A stretch of DNA of 64,000 nucleotides, from assembly GCA_965202585.1 (NCBI GenBank), contig OZ241833.1:56420001-56484000 (forward strand), written 5' to 3'. Position 1 is the stretch's first letter. Each line of letters opens with the position of its first letter. The position numbers were made by a program, and so were the translations under genes. This document shows positions 33,001-41,721 of the stretch, piece after piece. Source of the DNA: Thalia democratica. Taxonomy: Eukaryota. The notes beneath the pieces are model-generated. The model worked only from the letters and a program-made list of their open reading frames with translations, was not told the DNA's origin and searched no databases.

Positions 33001-36000
33001 TTCAGTTGGCAGTATACCAATCAACAGGTTTGACTCTTTACCAAATGCACAGAAAATGAACACACTTACAGTTCAACAAAAAGAGTTAAACCCTGTTAAA
33101 TCTACGGATGAACATGCAATTTTAAGAAATTTAGAGCAGCGTACAGATAAGGTTACAAAAGACAAAACCAAACATCACCCTTCTGTCATTTCTGAAAACC
33201 TAAGCTCAATGAAATCTGAATCATCTGTTCTTTCTAATCAAATTAAACAAACTAAGTCTGGAAGTCTTAATCCTGATTATATTAATTTTAAGGTATCATC
33301 TGAACACTTTGAAGTAAATAAATCAAAAGCCACTACTAAAAATCCAAGTACGATAAAAACTGAGTCTTCCTATCTTTCTAATCAAGTTGGAGAAACTAAT
33401 TCAGAAATTATCAATCCTAATTATAGTAGTTTTAAAGTAGCATCTGAACACTTTGAACCAAACAAATCAAAAACCATTGCTAAAAATCCAAGTACGATAA
33501 AAACTGAGTCTTCTGTTCTATCTAATCAAATTAAACAAACTAGTTCTGTGAGTCTTAATCCTGATTATAGTAATTTTAAAGTAGCATCTGAAAACTATAA
33601 AGGAAATAAATCGAAAACGATTGCTAAAAATCCAAGCCAGATAAAAACTGAGTCTTCTGATCTTTCTAATCAAAATGAACAAACTAGTTCTGTGAGTCTC
33701 AATCCTGATTATAGTAAATTTAAAGTAGCATCTGAACACTTTGAACCAAATAAATCAAAAACCATTGCTAAAAATCCAAGCCAGATAAAAACTGAGTCTT
33801 CTGTTCTTTCTAATCAAACTGAACAAACTAGTTCTGTGAGTCTCAATCCTGACTATAGTAATTTTAAAGTAGCATCTGAACACTTTGAACCAAATAAATC
33901 AAAAACCATTGCTAAAAATCCAAGCAAGATAAAAACTGAGTCTTCTGTTCTTTCTAATCAAATTGAACAATCTAGTTCTGTGAGTCTCAATCCTGATTAT
34001 AGTAATTTTAAAGTATCATCTAAACACTTTGAACCAAATAAATCAAAAACAGTTGCTAAAAACCTAAGCAAGATAAAAACTGAGTCTTCTGTTCTTTCTA
34101 ATCAAATTGAACAATCTAGTTCTGTGAGTCTCAATCCTGATTATAGTAATTTTAAAGTAGCATCTGAAAACTATAAAGGAAATAAATCGAAAACAATTGC
34201 TAAAAATCCAAGCCAGATAAAAACTGAGTCTTCTGTTCTTTCTAATCAAAATGAACAAAATTATTCTGTGAGTCTCAATCCTGATTATAGTAATTTTAAA
34301 GTAGCATCTGAACATTTTGAACCAAATAAATCAAAAACAGTTGCTAAAAACCTAAGCACAATAAAAACTGAGTCTTCTGTTCTTTCTAATCAAATTGAAC
34401 AAACTAGTTCTGTGAGTCTCAATCCTGACTATAGTAATTTTAAAGTAGCATCTGAACACTTTGAACCAAATAAATCAAAAACAATAGCTAAAAATCCAAG
34501 CAAGATAAAAACTGAGTCTTCTGTTCTTTCTAATCAAATTGAACAAACTAGTTCTGTGAGTCTCAATCCTGATTATAGTAATTTTAAAGTATCATCTGAA
34601 CACTTTGAACCAAATAAATCAAAAACAGTTGCTAAAAACCTAAGCAAGATAAAAACTGAGTCTTCTGTTCTTTCTAATCAAATTGAACAATCTAGTTCTG
34701 TGAGTCTCAAACCTGATCACAGTAATTTCAAGGTAGGATCTGAACACTATAAACCAAATAAATCGAAAACAATTGCTGAAAACCTAACAACAATAAAAAC
34801 TAAGTCTTCTGTTTCTTCTAATCAAAATAAACAAAATAATTCTGGAAGTCTCAATTCTGATTATAGTAATTATAAAGCAGAATCTGAACACTATAAATCA
34901 AATAAATCAAAAACAATTGCTAAAAGTCCGAGCAAGATAAAAAAAGAGTCTTCTGATCTTTCTAATCAAATTGGAGAAACTTATTCTGGAGTTCTCAATC
35001 CTGATTATAGTAAATTTAAAGTAGCATCTGAACACTATAAAGAAAATAAATCGAAAACAATTGCTAAAAATCCAAGCCAGATAAAAACTGAGTCTTCTGT
35101 TTTTTATAATCAAATTGAACAAAAATATTCTGTAAGTGTTAATCCTGATTATAGTAATTTTAAAGTAGCATCTGAAAACTATAAAGGAAATAAATCGAAA
35201 ACAGTTGCTAAAAATCCAAGCAAGATAAAAACTGAGTCTTCTGTTCTTTCTAATCAAATTGAACAATCTAGTTCTGTGAGTCTCAATCCTGATTATAGTA
35301 AATTTAAAGTAGCATCTGAAAACTATAAAGGAAATAAATCGAAAACAATTGCTAAAAATCCAAGCACAATAAAAACTGAGTCTTCTGTTCTTTCTAATCA
35401 AATTGAACAAACTAGATCTGTGAGTCTCAATCCTGATTATAGTAAATTTAAAGTAGCATCTGAAAACTATAAAGTAAATAAATCAAAAACCATTGCGAAA
35501 AATCCAAGCCAGATAAAAACTGAGTCTTCTGTTCTTTCTAATCAAACTGAACAAACTAGTTCTGTGAGTCTCAATCCTGACTATAGTAATTTTAAAGTAT
35601 CTTCTGAACACTTTGAACCAAATAAATCAAAAACAATTACTAAAAATCCAAGCCAGATAAAAACTGAGTCTTCTGTTCTTTCTAATCAAATTGAACAAAC
35701 TAGATCTGTGAGTCTCAATCCTGATTATAGTAAATTTAAAGTAGCATCTGAAAACTATAAAGGAAATAAATCGAAAACAGTTGCTAAAAATCCAAGCCAG
35801 ATAAAAACTGAGTCTTCTGTTCTTTCTAATCAAATTGAACAAACTAGTTCTGTGAGTCTCAATCCTGAATATAGTAATTTTAAAGTATCATCTGAACATT
35901 TTGAACCAAATAAATCAAAAACAGTTGCTAAAAACCTAAGCACAATAAAAACTGAGTCTTCTGTTCTTTCTAATCAAATTGAACAAACTAGTTCTGTGAG

Positions 36001-36439
36001 TCTCAATCCTGACTACAGTAATTTTAAAGTAGCATCTGAACACTTTGAACCAAATAAATCAAAAACAGTTGCTGAAAATCCAAGCCAGATAAAAACTGAG
36101 TCTTCTATTCCTTCTAACCAAAGCACAATAAAAACGGAGTCTTCTGATCCTTCTAATCGAATTGAACCAAGTAAGTCGGAAAGCCTTGCTCCTGATTATA
36201 GTAAATTTGGAATGACCTCAAAACAGGCTCAAATTACGAAATCTAAACAAGAAAAAGAATCTCTTTCAAGCTCTTCTACTGAGTCTACTACTTTTATCAA
36301 GTTAACAGGAGAATTAGCAAACAAGGTTATGTCTGATTATAGTACCGTGGAATTCAACTGCATAAAAAGTGTCATATCTAGCAGAGATACTTCTGAGTCA
36401 GATACCACTGTCATTGGAGACGATTTTGAAAAATCATAA
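9036..36439 (+). CDS. Giant uncharacterised protein (gene A, about 4,320-4,360 aa): unrecognised N-terminal domain, tandem-exon repeat region and S/K/N/T-rich repeat tail
   Basis: Exons: 9036-9109, 9381-9472, 10552-10628, 10908-11010, 11578-11644, 11796-11959, 12190-12248, 12823-12910, 13230-13250, 13675-13911, 15780-15992, 16745-16840, 17088-17207, 17493-17615, 17855-17962, 18025-18141, 18199-18321, (18381-18487, 107 nt, frame-breaking), 18542-18664, 18729-18845, 18904-19026, 19086-19193, 20386-20508, 20573-20680, 20735-20857, 20922-21029, 21084-21206, 21271-21378, 21433-21555, 21620-21727, 21782-21904, 26080-26187, 26244-26387, 27129-36439. All are GT-AG and phase-consistent except the flagged one. 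The protein starts MSRIVRPVLPETYSDFRLIPHGNINLKFVEAV, and its N-terminal exons are corroborated by the paralog on the - strand. Confidence 0.82.
9540..9948. mobile_element. MITE with CA(G/T)GGTTGCCAC-type termini and internal ctcagggaa repeats
   Basis: Starts catggttgccac and ends gtggtaaccctt, with many ctcagggaa motifs inside. Lies in intron 2 of gene A. Confidence 0.6.
14830..15480 (+). mobile_element. 5'-truncated Penelope-like retroelement (GIY-YIG endonuclease remnant plus 3' end)
   Basis: Reads VVYQFS..C../YIGLTTRHIRKRIKEHVPKS (one frameshift), then ORF 14921-15199 SSIAEHLVNNSTCANSYNINRF...KPVLSKRKDFDYTVSLFS, which resembles the GIY-YIG ORF at 63635-63976. A downstream motif CTGATGA GAATTGCTC GAAA lies at 15391-15410. 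Confidence 0.8.
18025..21904 (+). repeat. Tandem exon+intron duplication array inside gene A (about 705-bp and 349-bp periods)
   Basis: Exon starts 18025/18729, 18199/18904 and 18381/19086 are 704-705 bp apart. Exon starts 20386, 20735, 21084, 21433 and 21782 are exactly 349 bp apart, and the introns are duplicated along with the exons. Confidence 0.92.
19213..20322. mobile_element. Penelope-like 3'-end fold-back (inverted repeat, ~465-bp arms)
   Basis: 19213-19676 is the reverse complement of 19852-20322. The arms encode ..HLSVLESLFIKTFKPNLCKQQYVYNSNLYKLL*, matching the C-terminus of the GIY-YIG ORF at 63635 (HLSVLESLFIRTREPKICKQ..YNLKLYK). Confidence 0.85.
23873..24720. mobile_element. Penelope-like remnant bracketed by inverted pLTR-like ends carrying minimal hammerhead motifs
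   Basis: About 23873-24010 is the reverse complement of about 24580-24720. The - strand of 24230-24420 reads WKLKNNSICHELKWNIM...IC*TCNL...KKQELF, resembling PLE GIY-YIG C-termini. Confidence 0.65.
24730..25450 (-). mobile_element. Degenerate LINE (CR1/L2-like) reverse transcriptase fragment
   Basis: On the - strand: CVFLDLNKAFN (about 25145-25180; cf. VFLDLSKAFD) and MPKGLFFGVVLFLLHISDL...FANET...ELEIISDWLIVNRL (24779-24994; cf. PQGSILGPLLFLIYINDL...FADDT...WL..NRL). Confidence 0.75.
26583..26796. repeat. Palindromic MITE-like fold-back (~90-bp arms)
   Basis: cagaaaggctata...aagtgaaatttaaaccaaactatcttt...catcaatttattt pairs with aaataaattgatg...aaagatagtttggtttaaatttcactt...tatagcctctctg. 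Confidence 0.8.
27129..36439 (+). CDS. 9,311-nt terminal exon of gene A (low-complexity, two tandem repeat blocks)
   Basis: Uninterrupted 3,107-codon ORF in the ORF track. The acceptor ttttacag|ac is in phase 1, matching the upstream exons. Confidence 0.9.
28178..30877 (+). repeat. Coding minisatellite: 36 x 75 bp (25 aa, SGIINSNTLVTGVKSETPTKANKNQ)
   Basis: tcaggt(a/g) recurs from 28178 to 30803 (35 x 75 bp). Two or three degenerate units lie upstream from about 27960. Confidence 0.95.
33197..36200 (+). repeat. Coding minisatellite: about 20.5 x 144 bp (48 aa, NPSQIKTESSVLSNQIEQTSSVSLNPDYSNFKVASEHFEPNKSKTIAK)
   Basis: Unit starts at 33197, 33341 ... 36077 (20 x 144 bp), plus a partial final unit. 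Confidence 0.95.
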
Positions 36440-38380
36440 TATAGTGTTTTATAAAAACTAATGATATTTTTTATCGTTTTTTTTTATCGTTTTTCTATGC
36501 AATGCATGAAATCCTGCTCACTGTGCATCTTTTATAATTAAGCAAGGTACTTTTTTAAATATCAGTATATATATACAGATTAAATTATACCTTGTAATAA
36601 CTTTTACTCAAAAATAAACTTATTTATAGATATATTTTCTGTTTTTCTTACAATATATAACAGTTATGAATAGTTTATAGCTTTTTTTATAATTAAAAAA
36701 AACTTTCAAAGCACGTTTTAACTAAGTAGTTATACTATACATTTTCTTTATCACTAGCTTTTAATAGATTCAAGCCTTTTTAAATCATAAACAGAAAGCC
36801 AGTACAAAGAAAAACATTCTGTTTTAAAAATATTTTTCACTAAGAATTTCCAGCTAATTACTATAATACTAATTTCTTTTGATATCAATATTTTGATGTT
36901 TTTTTTAAATTAGTTAATCCTTTAAGAATATTTTACCAAAAAGCACTCACTGAATAAATCAATGAAAAAACAGATAGATTTTTTGGCATGTTTTTTAACA
37001 TTTAACAAAAATGTCTACAAGATTAGTTGCTTGAATTAATAACAACTGAAAGAATTTCACTTTTTTACATTATATCAAGTATAGTTGAAATGGTCGTGTT
37101 TAAATTTAAATATATTGTTTAAGTTTTAACATTTTAAGTAAAAGTTGTATTTATTTTATCTCACTTTACATTAATAAAAAAACAAATAGTTTATATTTTG
37201 TAAAGTTTTAGGATGCAGTATGATTTTCAATCTATTTAAAGAACGGAATACTCTTTAAAAAACTATTATGTAGATTAGTGGTGGGAAATTTTTAAGTGGG
37301 CGGTCCAAATTTACCAGAACTTGAAATTTTTGCAGCCCGGACTAATTTTAAACGTATTGTTGATAAATATATACTACAATAATAAATAAGTATTCTTTAA
37401 AACAAACTCCTATGAAAAAATAACTTAATAGGTACTATTGTATACTTAATAAGTTATCATTTTAAAGTATTTGCTACAAAAAGATCATTTTATTAATTGT
37501 GCACGAATTGTTTTTAAGCTAAAAGTTTATCGCGGGCCTGACGTTGCCTATCCTTATTGTAGATATATTAAACTTTTTCGGCAAATATATGTCAAAGAAT
37601 TTTTTGAAATAGTTGAATATTTTTTATTGTACTTATTCTGAAAGTTACTTTTTTTCTAACGAAAACTTTCCAAAAAAACATTTATTTTCTATGTTTCTAA
37701 AAACTGTTATAAAAGTTTTGTTGACTTAAGGCCTCAGTAGTCTTGTTGTTTATAGAACGACAAAAGAAGTGCTCAAAATATTTGGTCCAATAACCTTGTT
37801 TACAAAGAAATCTTTCGGTTATCGAGTTGTATACCACTTGGGTACAGCTTGGATCAGTGGTAATAAGTTTTTAGTGAAAAACTAAGTATTTATGTTTGGG
37901 TATGTGTCAGACAAGCACAGCGTCACTTTAGCACAAGGTGACACTATAGCACGGCATCACTTTAGCACGGAGTGTCACTCTAGCACAGCGTCACTTTAGC
38001 ACGAGGTGATACTATAGCACGGCGTCACTTTAGCACGGAGTGACACTTTGGCACGGTGTCACTTTAGCACGGAGTGACATTTTTGCACATAATAATTTTA
38101 AATGTTTTAAAATGTTCATTTAAATAATGTTTAAATATCTAAAATAATTAACTTAACAAACAAATAATTGTGAAAACTAGTTCTAATACTTTTCAAAATA
38201 TCGGCTTAAAAAAATTATGAATAAAGTTTTCATTATGGGTTTAAAATGAAATAAGAAATTTTCTAATCTAATCTAGCCAATATTTATTTCGGCCATCATC
38301 AACAATGTTGAGATGTTTTATGCCATCGATAATAAACAATGAACTTTACCGCAAGATCAACAACAACAGCTTCCGAGACA

Positions 38381-38425
38381 ATCCTACGACCGGTTTCGTC
38401 CTTATTAGGACTCATCAGGCAGGAA
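38381..38425 (-). ncRNA. Type I hammerhead ribozyme (inverted copy)
   Basis: Reverse complement: TTCCTGC CTGATGA GTCC-TAATAA-GGAC GAAA CCGGT C GTAGGAT. Confidence 0.9.
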
Positions 38426-38643
38426 TAGTCGCGAGAAACCGCTATTGTGATCTTAAACAAGCGGGCTTAAGTACTAAGTACTGAAGCGACCGTTTGTGGG
38501 TAAAATTGAAAAAATGACACAGCTATATCATTCACAGCTCAACGTCTCAGACATTGTCAGCTTGTTGTGAGATTGTAGTCTGCTTAAGTACTTAGTACTT
38601 AAGCCCGCTTGTTTAAGATCACAATAGCGGTTTCTCGCGACTA

Positions 38644-38688
38644 TTCCTGCCTGATGAGTCCTAATAAGGACGAAACCGGTCGTAGGAT
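38644..38688 (+). ncRNA. Type I hammerhead ribozyme; predicted cleavage after C38681 (GUC)
   Basis: Intact core CUGAUGA/GAAA, 4-bp stem II GUCC/GGAC, palindromic stem III ACCGGU, GUC triplet and stem I UCCUGC/GUAGGA. Confidence 0.92.
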
Positions 38689-38970
38689 TGTCTCGGATGC
38701 TGTTGTTGTTGATCTTGCGGTAAAGTTCATTGTTTATTATCGATGGCATAAAACATCTCAACATTGTTGATGATGGCCGAAATAAATATTGGCTAAAACT
38801 GATCAAACGAGCGCAGACTACAATCTCACAACAAGCTGACAATGTCTGAGACGTTGAGCTGTGAATGATATAGCTGTGTCATTTTTTCAACTTTACCCAC
38901 AAACGGTCGCTTCAGTACTTAGTACTTAAGCCCGCTTGTTTAAGATCACAATAGCGGTTTCTCGCGACTA

Positions 38971-39015
38971 TTCCTGCCTGATGAGTCCTAATAAGGACGA
39001 AACCGGTCGTAGGAT
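38971..39015 (+). ncRNA. Type I hammerhead ribozyme; predicted cleavage after C39008
   Basis: Identical to the 38644 copy, 327 nt downstream. Confidence 0.92.
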
Positions 39016-40390
39016 TGTCTCGGATGCTGTTGTTGTTGATCTTGCGGTAAAGTTCTAATCTAATCTAGTTATGCTTCTATTTTTTTGTTTAAAAGCTTAA
39101 AGTTTAGCCTTATTAAAATTATTTAAAGCATTTAGAAAAAAGAATTAATAGTCCTAGAGCCTGTATTTATTGCTAGCTTTATTAAAATAGTTTCAATGCA
39201 AAAACTTTAAAGTATAAGTATCAAAACATTTTCATATAAAATTAAATAGTAAAACAAGTTAACAAAGTTTTTAAATTTACTTTAGTTTTAATTTTAAATA
39301 AAGCTTAAACTTGTAACTCATTTAAAGCTTGTTAACTTTTAGTTTACATGTTGCATAATTCGTTTTTAGATTTTTAAACAATACAGTACGTAACGTGATT
39401 TAGGCAAATAACAAAAAATGCAAATTAAATTCTGTGCTAAAATGTAACTCCGTGCTAAAGTGTCATTCTGTGCTAAAGTGTCACTCTGTGCTAAAGTGTC
39501 AAACGTGCTTTTTTGACCCGTTCCCTTATAATTTGTTGAAAATATTTTAGTATAATCATGAACAAGCAAATAGATAACAAGTTTTATACTTAAACTAATT
39601 TTACCAATACAATATTGGGATTACAAAGTACCTGAACTTACTCAGCTAGTAGCTAAAATCAGCTAACCATCATATGCCCACAAGATTTAAGATTAAAAAA
39701 TCATCGCAATTCCTTTGTCCTATTCTTCTCCTTCAATATCATAAATTTTTTTTTTTTTTATAATAACGGCATTGAAGCTTTGTATAGCGATTATCAAGAA
39801 GTTTTCCACATTTATCAATATTTAAGCTAATTAAGTCACGCTTGCAACTCACTTGTCTAGTAATTAGGTGATGTAACATATACGACCTAATCATTGTACA
39901 GCAGAAATTTTGGAAATCGCCACTTGTTTTTCTTCAAAACATTAGCAAGTCTGTGCTACCTTAGAATGGTGAACATGATATTGATGCTATTTCGTTCCAT
40001 AACTTTTGTTAATCCTAACTTAATTGTAAGGAAACAATAGAGGTATTGTTAGTTGAAGGTGTAATCTTTCTTCTTTTGCACCTTGATAGGATCTGTGTTT
40101 TGTTGTCATAAAACAGAGAAACATAGGAGAAAAAATAAACAATCTAATTTGCACAGATAGCACACATAGGTGGTCTAATGAAAGTTGGGAAAGTTTTTAC
40201 TTGCGCCACTTTGCTCTAGTGTCCATTGATACTGAAGTCCGCTGGCATTGGTACTCCAGTTTCTGCAAGACCGGTTAAGTCTGAATCTTTTAAATGAGGC
40301 TTATTTTTTAGTCTTAAACTCTTTTTGAAGATTTATTCATTTTACTTAATATATGATAATTGGATAACTTAAATAATTACAACTGATAAT

Positions 40391-40459
<69 letters not shown>
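40391..40459 (+). repeat. (ACA)23 microsatellite
   Basis: Perfect acaacaaca... run of 69 bp. Confidence 0.97.
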
Positions 40460-41721
40460 GTTTAATATAAAAAGTTCAATCAAAAGTTTGTTAGTAAAAT
40501 ATGTATAAAAATAAAAGTTCAAAATAAACTTAAAAAAACCATTACTTTTATTTTTAAAATATAAAGGAAAATAATATAACTAATAAAATCAACTGCTTAT
40601 CTGATGATAAGCTGGTGTATACAATAAGATACAATGCATTAGACTGAGTAAGGAAGTTTAAAGTGTCTTCAATTCGTAACTAAGCGTAACTACGTACGCG
40701 ACATGCTTTTTATACCAAATCTGGATAGCAACTGAAATGTTGTAAATGAAACTTGATGTTGAACTGATTAGACTGAGTAATACGGAAACTTTAGTTTAAA
40801 TAATGTGTAAATATTGCATTTCAAACAAGGACGATTGTATACAATTTGCGATTGTCACTGCCATACGTTTAACATGGTGATTTTCGCAAATACTAAAAAG
40901 CTTTCCGAAGCGCTTGTCTTCGAGTTATATTGTTGGTGGGAAGTGTGCTTCTTAGATAAAGACTTTTTTTGAATCTAATGAAAAGTGATTCAAGAGTGTC
41001 TCTAGATCTTTAACCAAAGAATGCTATGCTAGAAGTACAGCTATATCAGTAGTTTATCTTAAACGTTAGAACATAACTATATGTAAACTTTTATTTAACA
41101 AAAGTGTTTTTAATTTACGTTTTTGTTACATAAGACTTTATTCTTGTAAATTTAGTTAGGTGACTAGTAAACCTTCCAATTTTTAATCTAGTTATAATTT
41201 CTGAACATTATAGAACTTTGTTTCATAAAACAGTTTTATTCAAATAAGTTTCTAAAATTAATTTTCTAGCTTGAAAATTAAACTTTGCTAAAACTATTTA
41301 TATAGATAACAATGTTTGGATTTTTTGGACAAATAGTGATACTTTAGAAAATAATAATTTAATAAAAGAAAATTAATAAACTATAGACTTATCTTTAAAA
41401 AAATTCAGTTTTATGTTTAATCAAATAAATATAAGCTTTACATAAACATTAGTTATGTCGAGATAGTTTAATAATCTATATACTTAAAGTTTAAACCAAC
41501 GCAACAAAATTGTTTTATAGTGTTTTTTATCTAAAACTTAAGTTTAAAAAAAACTTCTTATTAAACTCTATAATATAACTTTTAAATAATATTCAATGAG
41601 AAGTAACGTAAAAAAACTATTTAACATAACAAAAGCATTTTTCAGTTATAGCCTGCATTTATTATTTTAAACAATAAATTCATTTACACTTTTAAGTCAA
41701 TTAGCATTAGTGTGCTTCAGT

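Larger units (their letters stand above)
38277..39052. mobile_element. Retrozyme-like insertion: 327-nt hammerhead-containing monomer, one inverted partial unit plus 1.4 forward units
   Basis: The forward part has a period of 327 nt (CTGATGA at 38651 and 38978). 38277-38583 is the reverse complement of the monomer. The TSD TTCTAATCTAATCTAG is at 38261-38276 and 39053-39068. There is no credible protein coding. Confidence 0.88.
37898..39525. mobile_element. Non-autonomous Mutator/foldback-like element with subterminal gtcactttagcac(g/a)g repeats; host of the retrozyme insertion
   Basis: Left end GGGTATGTGTCAGACAAGCAC aligns with the reverse complement of the right end (GGGAACGGGTCAAAAAAGCAC). 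Tandem ~17-20-bp subterminal repeats lie at 37920-38085 and, inverted, at 39430-39500. The flanks tttatgttt / ttataattt are only a degenerate TSD. Confidence 0.6.

Noticed and set aside
33518-35842. Minus-strand ORFs (MFRCYF..., MFNLIRKNRR...) and those at 27916-28200 and 31615-31908
   Set aside because: Antisense shadows of the repeat-rich exon of gene A.
38528-38842. 104-aa minus-strand ORF in the retrozyme
   Set aside because: It spans the inversion junction, starts at a non-ATG codon, has no recognisable motif, and the equivalent frame in the inverted copy contains a stop.
39560-40330. GC-richer stretch with fragments of reading frame on the - strand
   Set aside because: Many stops and no motif I can name. 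Probably a decayed transposon, but unassignable without a search.
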